Position numbers and translations under genes: made by a program. The notes below the pieces were generated by a model. The model was not told the origin of the DNA, did no database searches, and saw only the letters and a list, made by a program, of their open reading frames with translations. A stretch of DNA of 64,000 nucleotides from Auanema rhodensis. Taxonomy: Eukaryota; Animalia; Nematoda. Each line of letters begins with the position of its first letter. Positions within the stretch are counted from its first letter, which is position 1. Below are positions 16,601 to 31,600 of this stretch, piece by piece. The stretch lies in NCBI GenBank assembly GCA_964057225.1, contig OZ059900.1, forward strand, positions 10,850,001 to 10,914,000, read 5' to 3'.

Positions 16601-19600
16601 TTTTCCAAGAATACTCTTACATAAACAAAGAAATTATTGTGAGAATAAATAACGTCAACAAATGAATAATATAGTCTTCCTATTAAATCAGGTGGCTTGG
16701 CTTTATATAGAAAATGATAGTTTGAATGGAGCATCCGTTGTCATAAAAAACAAAACTAACGATCAGGATGAGATTCGAACTCACGCGGGGAAACCCCAAT
16801 GGATTAGCAGTCCATCGCCTTAACCACTCGGCCACCTGATCACAGGGTTTTTCCAAGAATACTCTTACATAAACAAAGAAATTATTGTGAGAATAAATAA
16901 CGTCAACAAATGAATAATATAGTCTTCCTATTAAATCAGGTGGCTTGGCTTTATTTAGAAAATGATAGTTTGAATGGAGCATCCGTTGTCATAAAAAACA
17001 AAACTAACGATCAGGATGAGATTCGAACTCACGCGGGGAAACCCCAATGGATTAGCAGTCCATCGCCTTAACCACTCCGCCTCCTGATCACAGGGTTTTT
17101 CCAAGAATACTCTTACTTAAACAAAGAAATTATTGTGACAACAAATATCGTCAGCAAACAAATAAGAAAGTCTTCCTATTAAATCAGGTGGCTTGGCTTT
17201 ATTTAGAAAATGATAGTTTGAATGGAGCATCCGTTGTCATAAAAAACAAAACTAACGATCAGGATGAGATTCGAACTCACGCGGGGAAACCCCAATGGAT
17301 TAGCAGTCCATCGCCTTAACCACTCGGCCACCTGATCACAGGGTTTTTCCAAGAATACTCTTACTTAAACAAAGAAATTATTGTGACAACAAATATCGTC
17401 AGCAAACAAATAAGAAAGTCTTCCTATTAAATCAGGTGGCTTGGCTTTATTTAGAAAATGATAGTTTGAATGGAGCATCCGTTGTCATAAAAAACAAAAC
17501 TAACGATCAGGATGAGATTCGAACTCACGCGGGGAAACCCCAATGGATTAGCAGTCCATCGCCTTAACCACTCGGCCACCTGATCACAGGGTTTTTCCAA
17601 GAATACTCTTACTTAAACAAAGAAATTATTGTGACAACAAATATCGTCAGCAAACAAATAAGAAAGTCTTCCTATTAAATCAGATGGCTTGGCTTTATTT
17701 AGAAAATGATAGTTTGAATGGAGCATCCGTTGTCATAAAAAACAAAACTAACGATCAGGATGAGATTCGAACTCACGCGGGGAAACCCCAATGGATTAGC
17801 AGTCCATCGCCTTAACCACTCGGCCACCTGATCACAGGGTTTTTCCAAGAATACTCTTACTTAAACAAAGAAATTATTGTGACAACAAATATCGTCAGCA
17901 AACAAATAAGAAAGTCTTCCTATTAAATCAGGTGGCTTGGCTTTATTTAGAAAATGATAGTTTGAATGGAGCATCCGTTGTCATAAAAAACAAAACTAAC
18001 GATCAGGATGAGATTCGAACTCACGCGGGGAAACCCCAATGGATTAGCAGTCCATCGCCTTAACCACTCGGCCACCTGATCACAGGGTTTTTCCAAGAAT
18101 ACTCTTACTTAAACAAAGAAATTATTGTGACAACAAATATCGTCAGCAAACAAATAAGAAAGTCTTCCTATTAAATCAGGTGGCTTGGCTTTATTTAGAA
18201 AATGATAGTTTGAATGGAGCATCCGTTGTCATAAAAAACAAAACTAACGATCAGGATGAGATTCGAACTCACGCGGGGAAACCCCAATGGATTAGCAGTC
18301 CATCGCCTTAACCACTCGGCCACCTGATCACAGGGTTTTTCCAAGAATACTCTTACTTAAACAAAGAAATTATTGTGACAACAAATATCGTCAGCAAACA
18401 AATAAGAAAGTCTTCCTATTAAATCAGGTGGCTTGGCTTTATTTCGAAAATGATAGTTTGAATGGAGCATCCGTTGTCATAAAAAACAAAACTAACGATC
18501 AGGATGAGATTCGAACTCACGCGGGGAAACCCCAATGGATTAGCAGTCCATCGCCTTAACCACTCCGCCTCCTGATCACAGGGTTTTTCCAAGAATACTC
18601 TTACTTAAACAAAGAAATTATTGTGACAACAAATATCGTCAACAAACAAATAAGAAAGTCTTCCTGTTAAATCAGGTGGCTTGGCTTAATTTAGAAAATG
18701 ATAGTTTGAATGGAGCATCCGTTGTCATAAAAAACAAAACTAACGATCAGGATGAGATTCGAACTCACGCGGGGAAACCCCAATGGATTAGCAGTCCATC
18801 GCCTTAACCACTCGGCCACCTGATCACAGGGTTTTTCCAAGAATACTCTTACTTAAACAAAGAAATTATTGTGACAACAAATATCGTCAGCAAACAAATA
18901 AGAAAGTCTTCCTATTAAATCAGGTGGCTTGGCTTTATTTAGAAAATGATAGTTTGAATGGAGCATCCGTTGTCATAAAAAACAAAACTAACGATCACGA
19001 TGAGATTCGAACTCACGCGGGGAAACCCCAATGGATTAGCAGTCCATCGCCTTAACCACTCGGCCACCTGATCACAGGGTTTTTTCAAGAATACTCTTAC
19101 TTAAACAAAGAAATTATTGTGACAACAAATATCGTCAGCAAACAAATAAGAAAGTCTTCCTATTAAATCAGGTGGCTTGGCTTTATTTAGAAAATGATAG
19201 TTTGAATGGAGCATCCGTTGTCATAAAAAACAAAACTAACGATCAGGATGAGATTCGAACTCACGCGGGGAAACCCCAATGGATTAGCAGTCCATCGCCT
19301 TAACCACTCGGCCACCTGATCACAGGGTTTTTCCAAGAATACTCTTACTTAAACAAAGAAATTATTGTGACAACAAATATCGTCAGCAAACAAATAAGAA
19401 AGTCTTCCTATTAAATCAGATGGCTTGGCTTTATTTAGAAAATGATAGTTTGAATGGAGCATCCGTTGTCATAAAAAACAAAACTAACGATCAGGATGAG
19501 ATTCGAACTCACGCGGGGAAACCCCAATGGATTAGCAGTCCATCGCCTTAACCACTCGGCCACCTGATCACAGGGTTTTTCCAAGAATACTCTTACTTAA

Positions 19601-22600
19601 ACAAAGAAATTATTGTGACAACAAATATCGTCAGCAAACAAATAAGAAAGTCTTCCTATTAAATCAGGTGGCTTGGCTTTATTTAGAAAATGATAGTTTG
19701 AATGGAGCATCCGTTGTCATAAAAAACAAAACTAACGATCAGGATGAGATTCGAACTCACGCGGGGAAACCCCAATGGATTAGCAGTCCATCGCCTTAAC
19801 CACTCGGCCACCTGATCACAGGGTTTTTCCAAGAATACTCTTACTTAAACAAAGAAATTATTGTGACAACAAATATCGTCAGCAAACAAATAAGAAAGTC
19901 TTCCTATTAAATCAGGTGGCTTGGCTTTATTTCGAAAATGATAGTTTGAATGGAGCATCCGTTGTCATAAAAAACAAAACTAACGATCAGGATGAGATTC
20001 GAACTCACGCGGGGAAACCCCAATGAATTAGCAGTCCATCGCCTTAACCACTCGGCCACCTGATCACAGGGTTTTTCCAAGAATACTCTTACATAAACAA
20101 AGAAATTATTGTGAGAATAAATAACGTCAACAAATGAATAATATAGTCTTCCTATTAAATCAGGTGGCTTGGCTTTATATAGAAAATGATAGTTTGAATG
20201 GAGCATCCGTTGTCATAAAAAACAAAACTAACGATCAGGATGAGATTCGAACTCACGCGGGGAAACCCCAATGGATTAGCAGTCCATCGCCTTAACCACT
20301 CGGCCACCTGATCACAGGGTTTTTCCAAGAATACTCTTACATAAACAAAGAAATTATTGTGAGAATAAATAACGTCAACAAATGAATAATATAGTCTTCC
20401 TATTAAATCAGGTGGCTTGGCTTTATTTAGAAAATGATAGTTTGAATGGAGCATCCGTTGTCATAAAAAACAAAACTAACGATCAGGATGAGATTCGAAC
20501 TCACGCGGGGAAACCCCAATGGATTAGCAGTCCATCGCCTTAACCACTCCGCCTCCTGATCACAGGGTTTTTCCAAGAATACTCTTACTTAAACAAAGAA
20601 ATTATTGTGACAACAAATATCGTCAGCAAACAAATAAGAAAGTCTTCCTATTAAATCAGGTGGCTTGGCTTTATTTAGAAAATGATAGTTTGAATGGAGC
20701 ATCCGTTGTCATAAAAAACAAAACTAACGATCAGGATGAGATTCGAACTCACGCGGGGAAACCCCAATGGATTAGCAGTCCATCGCCTTAACCACTCGGC
20801 CACCTGATCACAGGGTTTTTCCAAGAATACTCTTACTTAAACAAAGAAATTATTGTGACAACAAATATCGTCAGCAAACAAATAAGAAAGTCTTCCTATT
20901 AAATCAGGTGGCTTGGCTTTATTTAGAAAATGATAGTTTGAATGGAGCATCCGTTGTCATAAAAAACAAAACTAACGATCAGGATGAGATTCGAACTCAC
21001 GCGGGGAAACCCCAATGGATTAGCAGTCCATCGCCTTAACCACTCGGCCACCTGATCACAGGGTTTTTCCAAGAATACTCTTACTTAAACAAAGAAATTA
21101 TTGTGACAACAAATATCGTCAGCAAACAAATAAGAAAGTCTTCCTATTAAATCAGATGGCTTGGCTTTATTTAGAAAATGATAGTTTGAATGGAGCATCC
21201 GTTGTCATAAAAAACAAAACTAACGATCAGGATGAGATTCGAACTCACGCGGGGAAACCCCAATGGATTAGCAGTCCATCGCCTTAACCACTCGGCCACC
21301 TGATCACAGGGTTTTTCCAAGAATACTCTTACTTAAACAAAGAAATTATTGTGACAACAAATATCGTCAGCAAACAAATAAGAAAGTCTTCCTATTAAAT
21401 CAGGTGGCTTGGCTTTATTTAGAAAATGATAGTTTGAATGGAGCATCCGTTGTCATAAAAAACAAAACTAACGATCAGGATGAGATTCGAACTCACGCGG
21501 GGAAACCCCAATGGATTAGCAGTCCATCGCCTTAACCACTCGGCCACCTGATCACAGGGTTTTTCCAAGAATACTCTTACTTAAACAAAGAAATTATTGT
21601 GACAACAAATATCGTCAGCAAACAAATAAGAAAGTCTTCCTATTAAATCAGGTGGCTTGGCTTTATTTAGAAAATGATAGTTTGAATGGAGCATCCGTTG
21701 TCATAAAAAACAAAACTAACGATCAGGATGAGATTCGAACTCACGCGGGGAAACCCCAATGGATTAGCAGTCCATCGCCTTAACCACTCGGCCACCTGAT
21801 CACAGGGTTTTTCCAAGAATACTCTTACTTAAACAAAGAAATTATTGTGACAACAAATATCGTCAGCAAACAAATAAGAAAGTCTTCCTATTAAATCAGG
21901 TGGCTTGGCTTTATTTCGAAAATGATAGTTTGAATGGAGCATCCGTTGTCATAAAAAACAAAACTAACGATCAGGATGAGATTCGAACTCACGCGGGGAA
22001 ACCCCAATGGATTAGCAGTCCATCGCCTTAACCACTCCGCCTCCTGATCACAGGGTTTTTCCAAGAATACTCTTACTTAAACAAAGAAATTATTGTGACA
22101 ACAAATATCGTCAACAAACAAATAAGAAAGTCTTCCTGTTAAATCAGGTGGCTTGGCTTAATTTAGAAAATGATAGTTTGAATGGAGCATCCGTTGTCAT
22201 AAAAAACAAAACTAACGATCAGGATGAGATTCGAACTCACGCGGGGAAACCCCAATGGATTAGCAGTCCATCGCCTTAACCACTCGGCCACCTGATCACA
22301 GGGTTTTTCCAAGAATACTCTTACTTAAACAAAGAAATTATTGTGACAACAAATATCGTCAGCAAACAAATAAGAAAGTCTTCCTATTAAATCAGGTGGC
22401 TTGGCTTTATTTAGAAAATGATAGTTTGAATGGAGCATCCGTTGTCATAAAAAACAAAACTAACGATCACGATGAGATTCGAACTCACGCGGGGAAACCC
22501 CAATGGATTAGCAGTCCATCGCCTTAACCACTCGGCCACCTGATCACAGGGTTTTTTCAAGAATACTCTTACTTAAACAAAGAAATTATTGTGACAACAA

Positions 22601-25600
22601 ATATCGTCAGCAAACAAATAAGAAAGTCTTCCTATTAAATCAGGTGGCTTGGCTTTATTTAGAAAATGATAGTTTGAATGGAGCATCCGTTGTCATAAAA
22701 AACAAAACTAACGATCAGGATGAGATTCGAACTCACGCGGGGAAACCCCAATGGATTAGCAGTCCATCGCCTTAACCACTCGGCCACCTGATCACAGGGT
22801 TTTTCCAAGAATACTCTTACTTAAACAAAGAAATTATTGTGACAACAAATATCGTCAGCAAACAAATAAGAAAGTCTTCCTATTAAATCAGATGGCTTGG
22901 CTTTATTTAGAAAATGATAGTTTGAATGGAGCATCCGTTGTCATAAAAAACAAAACTAACGATCAGGATGAGATTCGAACTCACGCGGGGAAACCCCAAT
23001 GGATTAGCAGTCCATCGCCTTAACCACTCGGCCACCTGATCACAGGGTTTTTTCAAGAATACTCTTACTTAAACAAAGAAATTATTGTGACAACAAATAT
23101 CGTCAGCAAACAAATAAGAAAGTCTTCCTATTAAATCAGGTGGCTTGGCTTTATTTAGAAAATGATAGTTTGAATGGAGCATCCGTTGTCATAAAAAACA
23201 AAACTAACGATCAGGATGAGATTCGAACTCACGCGGGGAAACCCCAATGGATTAGCAGTCCATCGCCTTAACCACTCGGCCACCTGATCACAGGGTTTTT
23301 CCAAGAATACTCTTACTTAAACAAAGAAATTATTGTGACAACAAATATCGTCAGCAAACAAATAAGAAAGTCTTCCTATTAAATCAGATGGCTTGGCTTT
23401 ATTTAGAAAATGATAGTTTGAATGGAGCATCCGTTGTCATAAAAAACAAAACTAACGATCAGGATGAGATTCGAACTCACGCGGGGAAACCCCAATGAAT
23501 TAGCAGTCCATCGCCTTAACCACTCGGCCACCTGATCACAGGGTTTTTCCAAGAATACTCTTACATAAACAAAGAAATTATTGTGAGAATAAATAACGTC
23601 AACAAATGAATAATATAGTCTTCCTATTAAATCAGGTGGCTTGGCTTTATATAGAAAATGATAGTTTGAATGGAGCATCCGTTGTCATAAAAAACAAAAC
23701 TAACGATCAGGATGAGATTCGAACTCACGCGGGGAAACCCCAATGGATTAGCAGTCCATCGCCTTAACCACTCGGCCACCTGATCACAGGGTTTTTCCAA
23801 GAATACTCTTACTTAAACAAAGAAATTATTGTGACAACAAATATCGTCAGCAAACAAATAAGAAAGTCTTCCTATTAAATCAGATGGCTTGGCTTTATTT
23901 AGAAAATGATAGTTTGAATGGAGCATCCGTTGTCATAAAAAACAAAACTAACGATCAGGATGAGATTCGAACTCACGCGGGGAAACCCCAATGGATTAGC
24001 AGTCCATCGCCTTAACCACTCGGCCACCTGATCACAGGGTTTTTCCAAGAATACTCTTACTTAAACAAAGAAATTATTGTGACAACAAATATCGTCAGCA
24101 AACAAATAAGAAAGTCTTCCTATTAAATCAGATGGCTTGGCTTTATTTAAAAAATGATAGTTTGAATGGAGCATCCGTTGTCATAAAAAACAAAACTAAC
24201 GATCAGGATGAGATTCGAACTCACGCGGGGAAACCCCAATGGATTAGCAGTCCATCGCCTTAACCACTCGGCCACCTGATCACAGTGTTTTTCCAAGAAT
24301 ACTCTTACTTAAACAAAGAAATTATTGTGACAACAAATATCGTCAGCAAACAAATAAGAAAGTCTTCCTATTAAATCAGATGGCTTGGCTTTATTTAGAA
24401 AATGATAGTTTGAATGGAGCATCCGTTGTCATAAAAAACAAAACTAACGATCAGGATGAGATTCGAACTCACGCGGGGAAACCCCAATGGATTAGCAGTC
24501 CATCGCCTTAACCACTCGGCCACCTGATCACAGGGTTTTTCCAAGAATACTCTTACATAAACAAAGAAATTATTGTGAGAATAAATAACGTCAACAAATG
24601 AATAATATAATCTTCCTATTAAATCAGGTGGATTGGCTTTATTTAGAAAATGATAGTTTGAATGGAGCATCCGTTGTCATAAAAAACAAAACTAACGATC
24701 AGGATGAGATTCGAACTCACGCGGGGAAACCCCAATGGATTAGCAGTCCATCGCCTTAACCACTCGGCCACCTGATCACAGGGTTTTTCCAAGAATACTC
24801 TTACTTAAACAAAGAAATTATTGTGACAACAAATATCGTCAGCAAACAAATAAGAAAGTCTTCCTATTAAATCAGGTGGCTTGGCTTTATTTAGAAAATG
24901 ATAGTTTGAATGGAGCATCCGTTGTCATAAAAAACAAAACTAACGATCAGGATGAGATTCGAACTCACGCGGGGAAACCCCAATGGATTAGCAGTCCATC
25001 GCCTTAACCACTCGGCCACCTGATCACAGGGTTTTTTCAAGAATACTCTTACTTAAACAAAGAAATTATTGTGACAACAAATATCGTCAGCAAACAAATA
25101 AGAAAGTCTTCCTATTAAATCAGGTGGCTTGGCTTTATTTAGAAAATGATAGTTTGAATGGAGCATCCGTTGTCATAAAAAACAAAACTAACGATCAGGA
25201 TGAGATTCGAACTCACGCGGGGAAACCCCAATGGATTAGCAGTCCATCGCCTTAACCACTCGGCCACCTGATCACAGGGTTTTTCCAAGAATACTCTTAC
25301 TTAAACAAAGAAATTATTGTGACAACAAATATCGTCAGCAAACAAATAAGAAAGTCTTCCTATTAAATCAGATGGCTTGGCTTTATTTAGAAAATGATAG
25401 TTTGAATGGAGCATCCGTTGTCATAAAAAACAAAACTAACGATCAGGATGAGATTCGAACTCACGCGGGGAAACCCCAATGAATTAGCAGTCCATCGCCT
25501 TAACCACTCGGCCACCTGATCACAGGGTTTTTCCAAGAATACTCTTACATAAACAAAGAAATTATTGTGAGAATAAATAACGTCAACAAATGAATAATAT

Positions 25601-28600
25601 AGTCTTCCTATTAAATCAGGTGGCTTGGCTTTATATAGAAAATGATAGTTTGAATGGAGCATCCGTTGTCATAAAAAACAAAACTAACGATCAGGATGAG
25701 ATTCGAACTCACGCGGGGAAACCCCAATGGATTAGCAGTCCATCGCCTTAACCACTCGGCCACCTGATCACAGGGTTTTTCCAAGAATACTCTTACTTAA
25801 ACAAAGAAATTATTGTGAGAATAAATAACGTCAACAAATGAATAATATAGTCTTCCTATTAAATCAGGTGGCTTGGCTTTATTCAGAAAATGATAGTTTG
25901 AATGGAGCATCCGTTGTCATAAAAAACAAAACTAACGATCAGGATGAGATTCGAACTCACGCGGGGAAACCCCAATGGATTAGCAGTCCATCGCCTTAAC
26001 CACTCGGCCACCTGATCACAGGGTTTTTCCAAGAATACTCTTACTTAAACAAAGAAATTATTGTGAGAATAAATAACGTCAACAAATGAATAATATAGTC
26101 TTCCTATTAAATCAGGTGGCTTGGCTTTATTTAGAAAATGATAGTTTGAATAGAGCATCCGTTGTCATAAAAAACAAAACTAACGATCAGGATGAGATTC
26201 GAACTCACGCGGGGAAACCCCAATGGATTAGCAGTCCATCGCCTTAACCACTCGGCCACCTGATCACAGGGTTTTTCCAAGAATACTCTTACATAAACAA
26301 AGAAATTATTGTGAGAATAAATAACGTCAAAAAATGAATAATATAGTCTTCCTATTAAATCAGGTGGCTTGGCTTTATTTAGAAAATGATAGTTTGAATG
26401 GAGCATCCGTTGTCATAAAAAACAAAACTAACGATCAGGATGAGATTCGAACTCACGCGGGGAAACCCCAATGGATTAGCAGTCCATCGCCTTAACCACT
26501 CGGCCACCTGATCACAGGGTTTTTCCAAGAATACTCTTACTTAAACAAAGAAATTATTGTGACAACAAATATCGTCAGCAAACAAATAAGAAAGTCTTCC
26601 TATTAAATCAGATGGCTTGGCTTTATTTAGAAAATGATAGTTTGAATGGAGCATCCGTTGTCATAAAAAACAAAACTAACGATCAGGATGAGATTCGAAC
26701 TCACGCGGGGAAACCCCAATGGATTAGCAGTCCATCGCCTTAACCACTCGGCCACCTGATCACAGGGTTTTTCCAAGAATACTCTTACTTAAACAAAGAA
26801 ATTATTGTGACAACAAATATCGTCAGCAAACAAATAAGAAAGTCTTCCTATTAAATCAGATGGCTTGGCTTTATTTAGAAAATGATAGTTTGAATGGAGC
26901 ATCCGTTGTCATAAAAAACAAAACTAACGATCAGGATGATATTCGAACTCACGCGGGGAAACCCCAATGGATTAGCAGTCCATCGCCTTAACCACTCGGC
27001 CACCTGATCACAGGGTTTTTCCAAGAATACTCTTACATAAACAAAGAAATTATTGTGAGAATAAATAACGTCAACAAATGAATAATATAATCTTCCTATT
27101 AAATCAGGTGGATTGGCTTTATTTAGAGAATGATAGTTTGAATGGAGCATCCGTTGTCATAAAAAACAAAACTAACGATCAGGATGAGATTCGAACTCAC
27201 GCGGGGAAACCCCAATGGATTAGCAGTCCATCGCCTTAACCACTCGGCCACCTGATCACAGGGTTTTTCCAAGAATACTCTTACTTAAACAAAGAAATTA
27301 TTGTGACAACAAATATCGTCAGCAAACAAATAAGAAAGTCTTCCTATTAAATCAGGTGGCTTGGCTTTATTGAGAAAATGATAGTTTGAATGGAGCATCC
27401 GTTGTCATAAAAAACAAAACTAACGATCAGGATGAGATTCGAACTCACGCGGGGAAACCCCAATGGATTAGCAGTCCATCGCCTTAACCACTCGGCCACC
27501 TGATCACAGGGTTTTTCCAAGAATACTCTTACTTAAACAAAGAAATTATTGTGACAACAAATATCGTCAGCAAACAAATAAGAAAGTCTTCCTATTAAAT
27601 CAGGTGGCTTGGCTTTATTTAGAAAATGATAGTTTGAATGGAGCATCCGTTGTCATAAAAAACAAAACTAACGATCAGGATGAGATTCGAACTCACGCGG
27701 GGAAACCCCAATGGATTAGCAGTCCATCGCCTTAACCACTCGGCCACCTGATCACAGGGTTTTTCCAAGAATACTCTTAATTAAACAAAGAAATTATTGT
27801 GACAACAAATAACGTCAACAAATGAATAATATAATCTTCCTATTAAATCAGGTGGATTGGCTTTATTTAGAAAATGATAGTTTGAATGGAGCATCCGTTG
27901 TCATAAAAAACAAAACTAACGATCAGGATGAGATTCGAACTCACGCGGGGAAACCCCAATGGATTAGCAGTCCATCGCCTTAACCACTCGGCCACCTGAT
28001 CACAGGGTTTTTCCAAGAATACTCTTACATAAACAAAGAAATTATTGTGAGAATAAATAACGTCAACAAATGAATAATATAGTCTTCCTATTAAATCAGG
28101 TGGCTTGGCTTTATTTAGAAAATGATAGTTTGAATGGAGCATCCGTTGTCATAAAAAACAAAACTAACGATCAGGATGAGATTCGAACTCACGCGGGGAA
28201 ACCCCAATGGATTAGCAGTCCATCGCCTTAACCACTCGGCCACCTGATCACAGGGTTTTTCCAAGAATACTCTTACTTAAACAAAGAAATTATTGTGAGA
28301 ATAAATAACGTCAACAAATGAATAATATAGTCTTCCTATTAAATCAGGTGGCTTGGCTTTATTTAGAAAATGATAGTTTGAATGGAGCATCCGTTGTCAT
28401 AAAAAACAAAACTAACGATCAGGATGAGATTCGAACTCACGCGTGGAAACCCCAATGGATTAGCAGTCCATCGCCTTAACCACTCGGCCACCTGATCACA
28501 GGGTTTTTCCAAGAATACTCTTACTTAAACAAAGAAATTATTGTGACAACAAATATCGTCAACAAACAAATAAGAAAGTCTTCCTGTTAAATCAGGTGGC

Positions 28601-31600
28601 TTGGCTTCATTTAGAAAATGATAGTTTGAATGGAGCATCCGTTGTCATAAAAAACAAAACTAACGATCAGGATGAGATTCGAACTCACGCGGGGAAACCC
28701 CAATGGATTAGCAGTCCATCGCCTTAACCACTCGGCCACCTGATCACAGGGTTTTTCCAAGAATACTCTTACTTAAACAAAGAAATTATTGTGACAACAA
28801 ATATCGTCAGCAAACAACTTCATTTAGAAAATGATAGTTTGAATGGAGCATCCGTTGTCATAAAAAACAAAACTAACGATCAGGATGAGATTCGAACTCA
28901 CGTGTGGAAACCCCAATGGATTAGCAGTCCATCGCCTTAACCACTCGGCCACCTGATCACAGGGTTTTTCCAAGAATACTCTTACTTAAACAAAGAAATT
29001 ATTGTGACAACAAATATCGTCAACAAACAAATAAGAAAGTCTTCCTGTTAAATCAGGTGGCTTGGCTTCATTTAGAAAATGATAGTTTGAATGGAGCATC
29101 CGTTGTCATAAAAAACAAAACTAACGATCAGGATGAGATTCGAACTCACGCGTGGAAACCCCAATGGATTAGCAGTCCATCGCCTTAACCACTCGGCCAC
29201 CTGATCACAGGGTTTTTCCAAGAATACTCTTACTTAAACAAAGAAATTATTGTGACAACAAATATCGTCAACAAACAAATAAGAAAGTCTTCCTGTTAAA
29301 TCAGGTGGCTTGGCTTCATTTAGAAAATGATAGTTTGAATGGAGCATCCGTTGTCATAAAAAACAAAACTAACGATCAGGATGAGATTCGAACTCACGCG
29401 GGGAAACCCCAATGGATTAGCAGTCCATCGCCTTAACCACTCGGCCACCTGATCACAGGGTTTTTCCAAGAATACTCTTACTTAAACAAAGAAATTATTG
29501 TGACAACAAATATCGTCAGCAAACAACTTCATTTAGAAAATGATAGTTTGAATGGAGCATCCGTTGTCATAAAAAACAAAACTAACGATCAGGATGAGAT
29601 TCGAACTCACGCGTGGAAACCCCAATGGATTAGCAGTCCATCGCCTTAACCACTCGGCCACCTGATCACAGGGTTTTTCCAAGAATACTCTTACTTAAAC
29701 AAAGAAATTATTGTGACAACAAATATCGTCAACAAACAAATAAGAAAGTCTTCCTGTTAAATCAGGTGGCTTGGCTTCATTTAGAAAATGATAGTTTGAA
29801 TGGAGCATCCGTTGTCATAAAAAACAAAACTAACGATCAGGATGAGATTCGAACTCACGCGGGGAAACCCCAATGGATTAGCAGTCCATCGCCTTAACCA
29901 CTCGGCCACCTGATCACAGGGTTTTTCCAAGAATACTCTTACTTAAACAAAGAAATTATTGTGACAACAAATATCGTCAGCAAACAAATAAGAAAGTCTT
30001 CCTATTAAATCAGGTGGCTTGGCTTTATTTAGAAAATGATAGTTTGAATGGAGCATCCGTTGTCATAAAAAACAAAACTAACGATCAGGATGAGATTCGA
30101 ACTCACGCGGGGAAACCCCAATGGATTAGCAGTCCATCGCCTTAACCACTCCGCCTCCTGATCACATTGTTTTTCCAAGAATACTCTTACTTAAACAAAG
30201 AAATTATTGTGACAACAAATATCGTCAACAAACAAATAAGAAAGTCTTCCTGTTAAATCAGGTGGCTTGGCTTAATTTAGAAAATGATAGTTTGAATGGA
30301 GCATCCGTTGTCATAAAAAACAAAACTAACGATCAGGATGAGATTCGAACTCACGCGGGGAAACCCCAATGGATTAGCAGTCCATCGCCTTAACCACTCG
30401 GCCACCTGATCACAGGGTTTTTTCCAAGAATACTCTTAATTAAACAAAGAAATTATTGTGAGAATAAATAACGTCAACAAATGAATAATATAGTCTTCCT
30501 ATTAAATCAGGTGGCTTGGCTTTATTTAGAAAATGATAGTTTGAATGGAGCATCCGTTGTCATAAAAAACAAAACTAACGATCAGGATGAGATTCGAACT
30601 CACGCGGGGAAACCCCAATGGATTAGCAGTCCATCGCCTTAACCACTCGGCCACCTGATCACAGGGTTTTTCCAAGAATACTCTTACATAAACAAAGAAA
30701 TTATTGTGAGAATAAAGAACGTCAACAAATGAATAATATAGTCTTCCTATTAAATCAGGTGGCTTGGCTTTATTTAGAAAATGATAGTTTGAATGGAGCA
30801 TCCGTTGTCATAAAAAACAAAACTAACGATCAGGATGAGATTCGAACTCACGCGGGGAAACCCCAATGGATTAGCAGTCCATCGCCTTAACCACTCGCCC
30901 ACCTGATCACAGGGTTTTTCCAAGAATACTCTTACTTAAACAAAGAAATTATTGTGAGAATAAATAACGTCAACAAATGCATAATATAGTCTTCCTATTA
31001 AATCAGGTGGCTTGGCTTTATTTAGAAAATGATAGTTTGAATGGAGCATCCGTTGTCATAAAAAACAAAACTAACGATCAGGATGAGATTCGAACTCACG
31101 CGGGGAAACCCCAATGGATTAGCAGTCCATCGCCTTAACCACTCGGCCACCTGATCACAGGGTTTTTCCAAGAATACTCTTACTTAAACAAAGAAATTAT
31201 TGTGACAACAAATATCGTCAACAAACAAATAAGAAAGTCTTCCTGTTAAATCAGGTGGCTTGGCTTCATTTAGAAAATGATAGTTTGAATGGAGCATCCG
31301 TTGTCATAAAAAACAAAACTAACGATCAGGATGAGATTCGAACTCACGCGGGGAAACCCCAATGGATTAGCAGTCCATCGCCTTAACCACTCGGCCACCT
31401 GATCACAGGGTTTTTCCAAGAATACTCTTACATAAACAAAGAAATTATTGTGAGAATAAATAACGTCAACAAATGAATAATATAGTCTTCCTATTAAATC
31501 AGGTGGCTTGGCTTTATTTAGAAAATGATAGTTTGAATGGAGCATCCGTTGTCATAAGAAACAAAACTAACGATCAGGATGAGATTCGAACTCACGCGGG

